Shown here: piece after piece, positions 12,380 through 24,847 of the stretch
Position numbering within the stretch: position 1 is the first letter of the stretch
How the letters are laid out: each line of letters starts with the position of its first letter
NCBI RefSeq assembly: GCF_006345805.1
Contig: NC_042999.1
Coordinates: forward strand, 97,154,001-97,218,000
Length of the DNA stretch: 64,000 bases
Direction of reading: 5' to 3'
Origin: Octopus sinensis
Lineage: Eukaryota
Notes under the pieces: generated by a model
Seen by the model: only the letters and a program-made list of their open reading frames with translations
Databases searched by the model: none
Told to the model about the DNA's origin: nothing
Made by a program: the position numbers and the translations under genes

Positions 12380-14391
12380 TATTAGGGAATAATCCAATGG
12401 TCAATGAAGTCCAGCAGGAAGAAAGCATTCCAACAAGAGTTAGCCTGGAAAAGAAAACTTCCCCAGATTGGTGGAGGCGGACATACGATGTAAGGACTTC
12501 ACATGGCACGTTAAGTTCCATTAGAAGATTTTCAGTTCTGCGTGACGTGACATCAAAAGCAAGTCTTGCTAGTGAAAGCATAACTAGAGATAAAACATCC
12601 ACTACAACAAATTTTCCTTCTGTGGAAGACAAACAAGTCATCTTGGAGCCGAAACCTAAAAGAATCAGGATGAGGAATTCTACAAAAGGGAAAAGCATCA
12701 ACAGTGTAGCAGCCAGGAAACAAGGAAGACCAGTTATTAATTCAAAGGCAAGACAACAAACAAGCGCTTTGAACGATTCTGAACAACTACTTGATATAAT
12801 TCACAGGGAACATTCTCGAACGTTTCCTTCAGAAAACTCCCAAAACAGCGATACGGTTCAAACTACAACTGGTAGTTCTAAAATAAACAGCATGAAAGAT
12901 TTTTTGACAAGTCTTGTTAAAGTAAAAGGTTCTAAAAATCAAATAGCAAGTAAGACCAAATTGCAAACTAATAATCGAACAAATCAGTTTATCGAACCTG
13001 AAGATTTTCTTATATCGACCACAAATGCATCTGTTGAACGCAAAGAAACCCAACTGCTTCATTTGACTGATGAAGGTAGTGGGGTTAATGAAAATCTTGA
13101 CTCTGTCTTACGCAATGAACTGGGATTTGAAATGAATGTTAATGTCAAAAATACAACTAGCAAAGCAACTCTGCCAGCAGTATCTACAACAGGGAATATC
13201 GTAGAAAAAAACATTGATGGTTTACCGGAACGTATGTTGTCTGTAAAACCTACGTTGACATCTCAAACTGATGTTAACGATTTAGTCTTATCACAACAGT
13301 CGCTTGAAGCTGATTCTGTTACTCTTCCAAATATATCCGTTCCGGCTTTCCATTTACAACGGAACGTTACTGAAATGGTTAACACAGTTACCGAGCAGTT
13401 GAACATTTCTAGCGTCATCCAAGATGTATCTTTTGAAATGGAAAACCCAATAGACTATAAAAGTTCTACTGAACAAACCAGATCCAATGACGATATACAT
13501 ATTAGACCAATTACAACGAATACAGACAGTCAGGCAGTTCCTAAGAATGGGACTGGAACTACTGGTCCTAATCAATCATTTAAGACCACAACAAATATCA
13601 AGAAGAAAGTTTCTAAACTCAAAACTTCAGTTTCGCTTTCGAATTCATTTGAAATTCCTTCGACAGGTTTTGAATACAACTTGATAAATTCAACCGAATA
13701 TTTGGAGAAGGTCACTCCCGTTTACAATTCCAGTAAATTAGATCCATATTATTCACAGGCCCCACCAAATAATAAATCAAGTGTAAACCCACCTTTTTCT
13801 CGGCAACACCTTTTAACATTAAAAAATCAAACAAAATCGCAACAAAATAGAGGAAAAATCAATCAGATATCACTGACTTTTAATATCACAAATAATTTTT
13901 CCTCGATCGGAGTCACTCCTCAATCAAATATCACATACGAGCCAGCAGTCAGTGAAGTAGCAAATAATACTTCTATAAAGCATCCCCAACTAAAACCCCA
14001 GATGACATCGGACAAAAACAATGTCCACAATGTTCTAACACCCATTAAAGCTACAACTTTAAGCTTCATAACTGGAATTGATACAAATACCCAAAAAACT
14101 AAAATCTCGAATCCGGTATTATCCACGTTACTAACGTCTACAACTATCACAAGAAAGAAAGACAAAATCCATTTATCGCCATCTGAAGAGTTGCAACCTG
14201 AAAATTCGGCAACGAATAATGAGGAGGTTTTCACATACAGCCAACTATATCCATCCACTCTTCACATACCTAAACCTACAACACAGACCGAGTTTCGAAC
14301 ACTAAAAATATCTACACATACAAGAACAATTGAACATACCGGAAACAAAGAATATTTTCATGGAACTTCAACGTTTTCAACTCCCAGAAGA
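10557..14391 (+). CDS. Giant exon encoding a Ser/Thr-rich mucin-like ectodomain (frame stays open to the stop at 14730 if unspliced)
   Basis: Acceptor ttttctttcAG at 10555-10556. Frame is open from 10558 (LEFNWSITCSDC...) into the 1344-aa ORF 10696-14730. High S/T/N/K content, many N-x-S/T sequons, 29-Ser run. Confidence 0.85.
12292..12378 (+). repeat. Coding (AGT)29 encoding poly-Ser
   Basis: 29 perfect AGT units in frame within the giant exon. Confidence 0.95.
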
Positions 14392-14660
14392 GTAAGTTCT
14401 GATAATTCTGATACCATTCCTGCTATTACGTCTGAGTCTAAAACTGTCCCATCAAATGTTAATGAAGCTCGTTCTACTCTAAATCCCAAAGTGAACACCA
14501 AATTCCACGAAAGATTCCCTTTTACTCCTTCCAGTGTTCGTCAAGTGTTTACTACAATCTCTCCAAAGTCAACTACATCCAGTAGTTTCTTGAAAATAAC
14601 GCTGCCAAAGTGGATAATAATCTCGAGAAATTTCGAAGATTTTCTTCGACTTTCAAATAG

Positions 14661-15049
14661 AATGACACCAAAACAAAAATCAAATATAAACTTGTCATCT
14701 TCATGTCCTCTACATCTACAAAAGCAGTAACTGTTCCCAAATACAGATTTACCCCACGATGGTCAACTGTATTCTTAAAAGAACAAAAACTGTATGAACC
14801 AACGACTCTAATAAGACCGGGCAAAAGAAGAAGTAGTAGTAGTACCCAGCTAAAAGGAAAACGACAAGAAAGCCTTAATAAACCCCGACCTATCGGATCT
14901 CCTATTCGACAAGTTCAAAATATGCAAAAAGAAATTATACTCAGTCCAAGGGAAATTTTTATAAAATACTGGCCAGCAATCACAGGCTCGACTTTTGGAG
15001 CCCTATTTCTTCTGGCAGCCATCTTAACATCAGTTGTCTGCAAAAGAAG
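14661..15049 (+). CDS. Juxtamembrane and transmembrane exon of the mucin-like gene
   Basis: Frame 3 is open from 14661, right after a TAG that doubles as an acceptor. Encodes ...KYWPAITGSTFGALFLLAAILTSVVCKR (hydrophobic helix plus basic stop-transfer). Donor AG|GTAATT at 15050, phase 2. Confidence 0.8.
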
Positions 15050-15391
15050 GTAATTGTTAATTGTTCGTTCTCTTCTTTAATTTTGATATTTTAAATGACT
15101 AACATTTGTGGGTATCATGTTGATGATGCATGAATTTTATTATTTCATCAAACAACTTCATCACTAAAAGATTACATTGTGAATACCAGCAAAACAATGA
15201 TTTTATTAGTCGAGACTGTTTCAGTAGTTGTTTTTGCTATTTATTCCGTGACACCTTTTTCTTTTTTCGGGAATAGTATACTTCCGACTACATTATCCAA
15301 TATGCCCTTTTTAAATTTGTTAGCGTACAATTTCGAGAGCGATGCCGCTTTATTTCTGGTATATTGTCCTAGTATATTGGGCAAGTTGCTG

Positions 15392-15392
<1 letters not shown>

Positions 15393-15440
<48 letters not shown>

Positions 15441-15455
15441 TACACATATGTATAA

Positions 15456-15492
<37 letters not shown>

Positions 15493-15614
15493 AAGCGAGA
15501 GAAAGAGGGGGAGAGGGGGAGAGGGGGAGATAGTGAGGGAGCGATGTATATATATATATATATATATATACATGCATGTATATATATATATATCTTTATA
15601 TATATATGCATATG

Positions 15615-15647
<33 letters not shown>

Positions 15648-15787
15648 ATGTATATATATATATACATATATATATACATGTATATATATACATGTATGTA
15701 TGTATATATGTATATCTATATATATATATTGTGTGTGTGTGTGTGTGTTGTGTGTGTGTGGATGTATGTATGTACGTATATATATAT

Positions 15788-15870
<83 letters not shown>

Positions 15871-15890
15871 TACATACACCACACACACAA
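15393..15890. repeat. Compound (TA)n/(GA)n/(TG)n microsatellite block
   Basis: Direct reading. Confidence 0.9.
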
Positions 15891-17230
15891 GCTTTTAATG
15901 ACCATCGTGAGCTGCATAGCGTTGAAAATCCCTGTCTGTTAGCTCTTTGTTGAACGGAAGTCAGCATCGTAGTAAATCTTTGTTGTAAGGTGTGGGAAGC
16001 TCGTGTAGCAGCCATGTTGGCAGCATTCCTGACCAGGTGTGTAGTGCGTTGGTCTTTGTTCTTTGCAGCTCGTGCAGCAGCAGCAGTTCGTCGAACTTTA
16101 CGTTGGACATCTGTTTGGAGTGCTCTTGTAGTGGCTGTACGTTCTGCATTTTGTAATCGTCTAACAGAAGTTTCCAATGACGATTCATTTGCCCTCCTTG
16201 CTGATGTTCTTACCGCTTTCGCAGTTTTACGGTCTATTGAATCTCTTCCTTCGGCGCATGACCTAAAATAAGCTGGAGGAAATACACTCATATACACTGT
16301 TAAGTATTAAACATTAATTGAAGGGTTACTATGTAACTGTAAATAACTTGCAAGCTCGCAACTTCTGCGATAATAATTAACTGGTAGTTGAACGGTAAAT
16401 GTGTAAAATAAGATGATGCTAGTGTTATGACATTAGAATGAAAATGGAAACAATAAAAGTGAAATAATATTATAGTCCTATCACAATATAATATGCATAA
16501 TAGTGAACCAGTGTAAAAGATTGTCCGTGTCCGCGTTAGGCAAGAAGTTAGAAATTGTTTTGGTCCATGACACTCCATGGATCGTAAGTAAGGCATGTGT
16601 AAAATTTTAAAAAATTAATAAGAACTCATTAGTAAATTAAATTCTGGACGCTTGTGATTTACATTAGCCATGAGCACCATGGTATTTCTAACACGTCATG
16701 CTACCACTGAACAGGTATTTGCGAAGTTATCTCGTGAAAGAGTAAGTAAATGTGTGTAAAGCGGACCATGAGTGCAGTTAGATTCTGCCCAGTTGGACAG
16801 AAGTTGTTGAATGGGAAACAACTGTACACCATACAGGGTTAATGTAACGAAGTGTGAAGTTGCATTGTTCAATGATAGAACGATGAAGTTATTTACTTGG
16901 AGGAAAACTTGTGAATCTGTTTCGAATCACAAACAAAATGAATGTTACTGTAAATGTGCAATGAAAGTGAAACATTGTTATAAACCGGAAGAACAAAATT
17001 GAAACATAGATGTCATTCTTTCACTTTTGACATGTAATAGCGAACCAGTGTAAAAAAAAATTGTTCCGGGCCGAACTAGGCAAGAAGATGAAAACCTTTT
17101 TTTTTTTGGCCTATGACACTCCATGGACCGTATGTAATGTATGTGTTAGATTTGAATGAAATCGGTTGTGTAGTTCTCGAGTTTTGGGTATTCACACAGA
17201 CACACACACATTCTCATCTTTATATATATA
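15890..17230 (-). mobile_element. Helitron 5' fragment with the start of an STPR-like repeat ORF, in an intron of the mucin-like gene
   Basis: Minus 5' end TATATAAAGATGAGAATGTGTGTGTGTCTGTGTG...AACCGATTTCATTCAAA resembles Helitron 5' termini. ORF 16297->~15900 has ~23-aa R/A/T-rich repeats. Internal ~90-bp duplication (16500-16590 vs 17036-17140). Confidence 0.55.
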
Positions 17231-17312
17231 TTTATATATATATATATATATGTAAATTCCTCTATTTACATAATATCGAGGTCTCTTTCTTTTGTTATCT
17301 TACCGTTTTTAT

Positions 17313-17366
<54 letters not shown>

Positions 17367-17442
17367 GATTGGCATAATAAACTGATCATATTTTGTTTTC
17401 TCTTCGCAATACATTGACTTGTTTCTCTTACTTTTCATACAG

Positions 17443-17689
17443 GACTTACATACGATCACGACGCACAACTAGGCCGTCGCATCCTCCTCACAACCAGAAC
17501 CAAAACCACATCACCACACATTCAGTACCGCAGTCATCATCGCCACTACCACCACCGCCGCCGCCGCTGCCACCACCGCCACCTCCACCACCACCACCAG
17601 CAATGCAAGAAGCCGTTGAATTTCTTCGGAGTCTTCTCTCTGTGGGGACACTGCTCCCACAGATCATCACGTGCCGACCACAATTGTAG
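17443..17689 (+). CDS. Terminal exon: cytoplasmic tail with polyproline tract
   Basis: Acceptor cttttcatacAG at 17441-17442, phase 2, matching the donor at 15050. Encodes (R)TYIRSRRTTRPSHPP...LPPPPPPLPPPPPPPPPPAMQEAVEFLRSLL...CRPQL*. Confidence 0.8.
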
Positions 17690-17879
17690 AAATTTCTTGA
17701 AACATGAAACAAAAACAAGAACAAAAATCTAAACTGTCTTTAAAAACTTATGATGATCATATTGTCATTTTAACTGAATCATGTAGATAATTTGGTTCAC
17801 TTGCGAATATTTCACCATTGTAACTATTCTGCAACCTTGACAACCACTGAACTTGTATGTATATGTTTGTATATATTTG

Positions 17880-18117
17880 CTCATATATTTTCTCTTATAT
17901 GCATATATACACGCATATATACATGTATATGTATATACATATATATATATGTATATACAAATATATATACATATACACATATACACACACACATATACAC
18001 ATATATATATACACACACATATACACATATATATATACACACATATATACATACATACATACATACATATATATACATACATACATATATACATACATAC
18101 ATACATACATACATACA

Positions 18118-18200
<83 letters not shown>

Positions 18201-18218
18201 TATATATATATACACACA
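17880..18218. repeat. Compound (TA)n/(TACA)n microsatellite block
   Basis: Direct reading. Confidence 0.9.
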
Positions 18219-19306
18219 CTTTTCTCATACTTTGACATGCAAAAACATGAGTGTGCTCAATATTCGTTTATATTAAAATGTGCAGATACAAATGTAATGT
18301 ATGGTATTATATGCGCGGTAACTAGAAATTATATACCCTTTCTTAAACAAAATTACATATTTTCCAACCATTAAGCATATCTTCAGAATCATGAAATACG
18401 TTTTAACAAATTTACACTTTCGCTTCGTTTTTGTCGTTTTGATCTCCGACTGAAGCGTTGTGTATAAATAATTTTTTGCAGGGGAAAGGCTATAAAATTG
18501 ATAGTTGTAAAATGTATGATCTTATAAACTTCATGTATATATATTTGTGAGTGATAACCCAATCCTTTCAGCCTCATATGATTTATTGTTTAAATTATCC
18601 GACAGAGGCTCTATTTACCGCTGTCATTATTAACGGCACGAGTACCCTGATGTGTAAATATTTTGAGGAATGGTGAAACAAGTAACTATTCTATAAACCG
18701 TAATTCCTTATTATTTTTCATTTATAGTCGATAGTCATTCTAATAATTAGAGAATTTTATATCATACTAAATGCATATATGCTGTTTCAAAGCATTCTAA
18801 ATTGAGGTATTCGTCTCGAGAAAGCATCTCTTATAAAGTTTAGAAGGTTTTCTGCAGTATATATGCTTTAAGTATGATATACAGATGGCTAATTTGAAAT
18901 AATATTGCATTTGTCACAAATAGTGAATTACTATCCTCACAATATTCGTTGTTCAAAATTTTGGTTGAGGTATGAGTTTCTATTTCTTGTTGCCACATAC
19001 GCATACATGTACACACGTACATGCTCGACGATACGCACAACAACTGTATATAATAACTACATTTCCACTTTGTAAAGCTGTGTATTCGTTTTTGATTAAA
19101 TCCGAAATTCTTACATATACATATATACGGTGTGTACATTTGGCTAGGAGGGAGCCTATGTATTTGGGGGTAGGACCTATGTATATTTCATAGATTATAA
19201 ATAGTTGTTTTAAATACATTCACTTGTACAGCATATGGTGAAAATAAGCGGACAATATCACCTACATGTAATTATATACATATACATACATTTGTATAAA
19301 TATGTA

Positions 19307-19346
<40 letters not shown>

Positions 19347-22300
19347 CGTGTGTGTACATGAGTATACATATACCAATACCTATATGCATGTATATATATC
19401 TATATATATATATATATATACATGCTACATGTTTTTATAGAACATGTATACATATATTTAACATATGCATGCATTCAAACGTGTGCGTGCTCGTGTTCAT
19501 GTGAATATATGAAATATTTCAATTATTTTGCAGCATTATTTGTGTTTTTTATCATTTCCTTTTTTTATTATTTTGAGGGTGAGGGTGAGATGAGGTGCTC
19601 CGCCATCTGTTATGTAAGAACATAAAAAATTTTTTAATCGTTTATTTTAAAATCAACAACCTTACGAAAGCAACTTTTTGAATTTATCAAATCATGTCAA
19701 GTGATATATCTATACTGTAACAGTGACATTGGATTGTTTTCGGGGGGCTTTTTATTTTGTTTTTTTTATTTTTCGTTGATTTTTAACCATGTCCCAGCGT
19801 GGATACCTGAGTGGATGAGGTTTATCTTGTCTAAATGTATTTTATATTGTGATATATTGAGGACACTTCAATGAAACATTAAGTCATCGCTGTCCGCAAC
19901 CCATTTTCAATTCCCAATTGTGACATTTTCATTCATTTCGTTGTAAGTTTTTGAGTGAAAAGTTTTATAATAATAACATGAAAGTCATTATTTCCCATTT
20001 ATCTTTTATCAACCTGAGTCTTCGCAATTATGTAAACATGCACTATTATATGTTGTTATTTACCACTGCAACAGATCAGCAACTATCATGCAGGCCCATG
20101 ATCAAAGGCGTCATCGGTGACCATTCTGTGCTTTATTCCAACAGTATAGCAATGCATTATTAATCAATGGACACTACATTTAACAAAAGTACTGAAGGGA
20201 GTGAAATGAGGGATATTTTACATCTACATCTAGCATGTGGATCCCTCACACTAAGGCTTGCTCGTTGTACATTATAACATAACATTATATTATGTTATAA
20301 CATATCAAATTGTTAGTATAACTAGACTATATTAACATAGATTATACGTGAAACCTTTCACCTTGGATAACATTGAGATGGATCACTGCGAACACTTTCA
20401 AGAGCAGTTACTATCAACATCATCACTCATTTAGATCAATGAGCATAAGAAATGTTATTTTCCTGTCCCAATGTATCAGACCGAGGACCTGGACACCCTT
20501 TGCTTGCTAGAAGTATTGTCTATAGGACTACACGATATTTCTACGGATCACGAAATTGCCGAATTTTTTTAGTAAGAGATATTGAAGCAGCCAGCGAAAG
20601 ATCTTAACAAGACTTCTGAGTATTATCTAAGAGTCGTAATAGGAAGTTTCTCTTGGATAATGTCCAGACACCTGATTACTCCAGGCGAAATGGCATAATT
20701 TCGCAGACTTTTGCCAAGTTATCTTCTTTCCACAATAATCATAAGTTTTGACTTGGTAGACATAGAGTAGCCTAGATTCACTTTTTTAATCTTCAACAAT
20801 TTCGAAAATGTAACCCCTTGACCTCTAAGAATTGGCCCAACTATTGCACTAATGGATCCTTTGTCTTTCCAGAAACATTTCTGAACAATCTCGCGAATAA
20901 TTTATGTGTGCGATACAAATATAACGTGTATCAAGAGTTCTTTTATTTCTCTTGTACATTTCAACATATGGGAGTAGAGTTGCTTGTTTGTTTATTAATA
21001 GAAGAAAGATGGGCAGCGCATACAATCTTTGTAGGACAACCTGACAGAACAGAGCGGTGTGCTTTAACAGCATTTTCAACTACGGTGGGTCTGATAACAA
21101 TAGGACAAATATGAGCGGGGTAGACAATTCAAGTAGAAAAAATGGTTGGACAAAGAGATTTTGCAGATCCTAGAGGCAATGGGACGAGAGGCAGATACCC
21201 CTGGGTGTCGTTGGTGTATGTGGCATGCAACTTTCCCATTTAGAGGGACAAAGTCTATTATAACAGCAATATCATAACAGAAAGAAAAAAGTGCATCATT
21301 GAGATAGTAATCGTTAGGTGTTAGCGCTCGCTTATCTGAACAACAGAATAGCCTTCTTTTATATGGTCTATTATGCTTATGTATGTGTAGCAGCTCCACT
21401 GTCAAATATATATAAGCACTACCCCAGTATGGATCTACTTCAGTTTTTGTGATCAGCAAATGAACATAGTTGATGAGGACTTTGAAAAGGAAGCTCGGGC
21501 TGTGAATGTCAGGTTTGATTTTCGGAGCTGACGAAGCTGAACGACACAGAAACATGCGTCCTACGATTCAATGATATCATTCACAGCACTTCCGCCTTCT
21601 CAAAACTGTCTTCACAGATGCCTAGAAGGAGAATTTTCTCCCCGACGATCTCTGCAATGATTTTACACGAATGTTCTTTATTCAACGCATGCTTCGTGCG
21701 ACATTATACAGACAGTTATGTGCGTGCATGTATGTATACTCACACACACACGCATGCACGCACGCACGCATACATACGTTATATATATATATATATAAAG
21801 AGAGAAAAAGAGGGATATATAGATATAGATATACACTCACACTTGTACACACGCTCACATACACGTACGTTCTCAGCGTTTACATGCGCCATAAGGTTAG
21901 GCTATGACATCAACAAAATATCAAACATCCCCATTCAAGTTAATCAATTAATTAAATCTGTATTCATCTCAATATGTTTCGTAATCAGAGATATACAACA
22001 GTGACTTACCAGTGTCACAAACTCCTTTTCAGAAAAAGCCAATGGTTATCGTGACTTTCATGTATCTTTTTTATTTTTCATTCCACAAAGTGTGTGATCC
22101 GCATTAAACTGCGCCTTATTTGGAACACAGTGTGTCATGTTTGTAACAAGCTATACGCGCAATGACAGTGTATCTTGTCTGTAACAGTGTGTTGTTTGTA
22201 ACACAGTATTTTCCTGTAACACAATGTTTAATACTGTAAAATAGCTTACCTCTTTATGCGTTTGATCTTAAATATACTCCCAGTGATAATGAACTGTGCC

Positions 22301-24228
22301 TTACCTGTAACACATTGTCTTGTTTCGAACTACTTCATATTTTACCTGTAGCAGATATATGATTCATTTTACCAGTGATAACGAACTGTATCTTGCCAGT
22401 AATACATTGAATCTGATTTGTAACGTATGTAACGTACAGTATGATTTTTCCTTGAACAGATATACACTGTATATTGCCAATGATACTAAACAATATCTTG
22501 CCTGTAACATATTGCATCTTGTTTGTAATATATTGTAACATAATGTAACACAATGCATTTTTTCCATAAACCGGTTTTCCTTGCATGTAAAATTAGGTAT
22601 GCTACATGTAACATACCGCGTTCTTTGTATCATACTATATCTTGAAATTAAAATTTTACATCTTTGCCAGATTTAGTTGTATATTGCCAATATTCTGATG
22701 TATCTTCTATTTTACAACGTAAATTATCAGCAATTTATTAAACTAAATGTGATTTAACTACAATATTTATGATTTTCCCAGAACATTATGTAACTTTCTA
22801 TCATGCATTACACATTGTCCGTGATATGATATGACTTGCTTGTAATACAATATATCGCTTGTATTATGATGTCTACTCTTTGCTGGAACTGTATCAAGAA
22901 TTTTATGAGCTAAATTATGAAGTTCATTTCTAACAACATACCATGATGATGTACCGTCTATTGCTACAATGCGTTCTTGTACAGCATCTAACGAATGCAG
23001 CTTTCCAACATTTTAGACGCTTTCAAAGCTTCATGGTATTATGATTTCTGGCAGCCGGTTTTATTACCAGTAGTCTGGCTCTTACTAAGCCATGGTCAGT
23101 TCAGCATTCAGCACTTTGCATAGAATGGACATTGCAGGCATCTTGTTCGCGGACAATCCCGTAGTCAGCTAAATGTAATGGCGGGATTCTGGGTGCATCC
23201 AGATTATAACGTTGTCAACTTTGTGTTTGAATTACGTACTTGAAATATAAGATGAAACTCGGTGCAAAACTCCAGCAAAAGCAAACCATTATTGCTTACT
23301 TTCCCCGCACCATACCTTCCCAAGCAACTCCAAGTTTCACAGTCTTTGCCAACTCATGCATTAAAGTTTCCAATGAGAATATTTTTCACTATCAGGAACA
23401 TATCACTGTACATGCAATAAGGAGTCATAAAAATCGGCTTTTGTAGCTTCATCAATAGCAATTGTGAGAACATACACACTGATTACAGTTGATTATTGAC
23501 CAGAATATTCAACTTGATAGAAGCAGTCGCATTGTCATCGACCGTTCATGAACACCAGAGAGAAGTTCTGTTAGTCTGTGAATTAAACTTGTGCTGATCG
23601 CTAAACCCACACCTGCTTCTCAACTATTTTGAGCGTCCCGTCTCTTCCAAAAAAAAAAGATGTATATACACCACCAATCTCTTGTGACTGTCCATCCTCA
23701 GGAAGATGAACCTCTGGAAAAGGTTTATTGATGCCTTGAAATTAATGCAGTTCTACATTCTGGAGTCATCCATTTTGATTATCAACCAGAATTCACACAT
23801 TCCAGAATTCTATGTTTAATTGGAATTTAGGTTTCGTATTTTCTCTTGTATTTCAAGCGGATAAATTAAAGTCCGTCAGCCGCGCCAAACTGATTAGACT
23901 GAATGAATAAGACATACATACATACATACATACATACATACATACATACATACATACATACACACACATGCCTTTATTGGATATCAATCCCACGTATTCA
24001 CTGTATTTCTGTTCACTTTGTTTACATGTACACAACTAGTCTATTTTTCATTTCATTCTTAAATACTGGTGTTTAGTAAGAAACACTTTGAGAAATGTTG
24101 TACAGCGGCAGCAGGATTTGAACCTAGAACTTCAAACTTTAAACAATGGTCATTAACTAAAAGAAACCTCCCACTTCATTTGTTGATGATGTGAACCATG
24201 TGCTTCTTTATGATATTTATTTAGAGCC

Positions 24229-24847
24229 AAGGCGGCGAGCTGGCAGAAACGTTAGCACGCCGGGCGAAATGCTTTGCAGTATTTCGTCCGCCGTTACGTT
24301 GTGAGTTCAAATTCCGCCGAGGTCGACTTTACCTTTCATCCTTTCGGGGTCGATTAAATAAGTACCAGTTACACACTGGAGTCGATGTGGTCGACTTAAT
24401 CTGTGTGTCTGTCCTTGTTTGTCCCCTCTGTGTTTAGCCCCTTGTGAGTAGTAAAGAAATAGGTATTTCGTCTGCCACTACGTTCTGAGTTCAAATTCCG
24501 CCGAGGTCGACTTTGCTTTTCATCCTTTCGGGGTCGATTAAATAAGTACCAGTTACGCACTGGGGTCGATGTAATCGACTTAATCCCTTTGTCTGTCCTT
24601 TTTTGTCCCTCTGTGTTTAGCCCCTTGTGGGCAATAAAGAAATAAGAATCGTTAGCACGTCGAGCGAAATGCTTAGCGGTATTTCGTCTGTCTTTATGTT
24701 CTGAGTTTAAATTCTGCCGAAGTCGACTTTGCCTTTCATCCTTTCGGGGTCGATAAATTAAGAACCAGTTGCGTACTGGAGTCGATCTAATCGATTGGCC
24801 CTCTCCCTCAAAATTTCAGGCCTTGTGTCTACAGTAGAAAGGATATT
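24229..24847 (+). mobile_element. Head-to-tail trimer of a Nin-domain-type tRNA SINE
   Basis: Three copies of gagttcaaattccgccgaggtcgactttgcctttcatcctttcggggtcgat(t/a)aa(a/t)taagtaccag; CpGs intact. Confidence 0.8.

Noticed and set aside
14661-14730. Programmed -1 ribosomal frameshift joining the two frames
   Set aside because: No in-frame X XXY YYZ slippery heptamer or obvious downstream structure; splicing or an indel explains it more simply.
14703-15053. Independent small TM gene starting at ATG 14703
   Set aside because: The frame is open upstream to 14661 behind an acceptor, and there is no promoter or signal context. It is better explained as part of the mucin-like gene.
21076-21555. 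159-aa minus-strand ORF in the intergenic region
   Set aside because: No recognisable motif, splice partners or compositional bias.
21525-21560. CTGACGAAGCTG...CAGAAAC motif
   Set aside because: Stem II cannot form while leaving GAAA free, and there is no stem I or III pairing.
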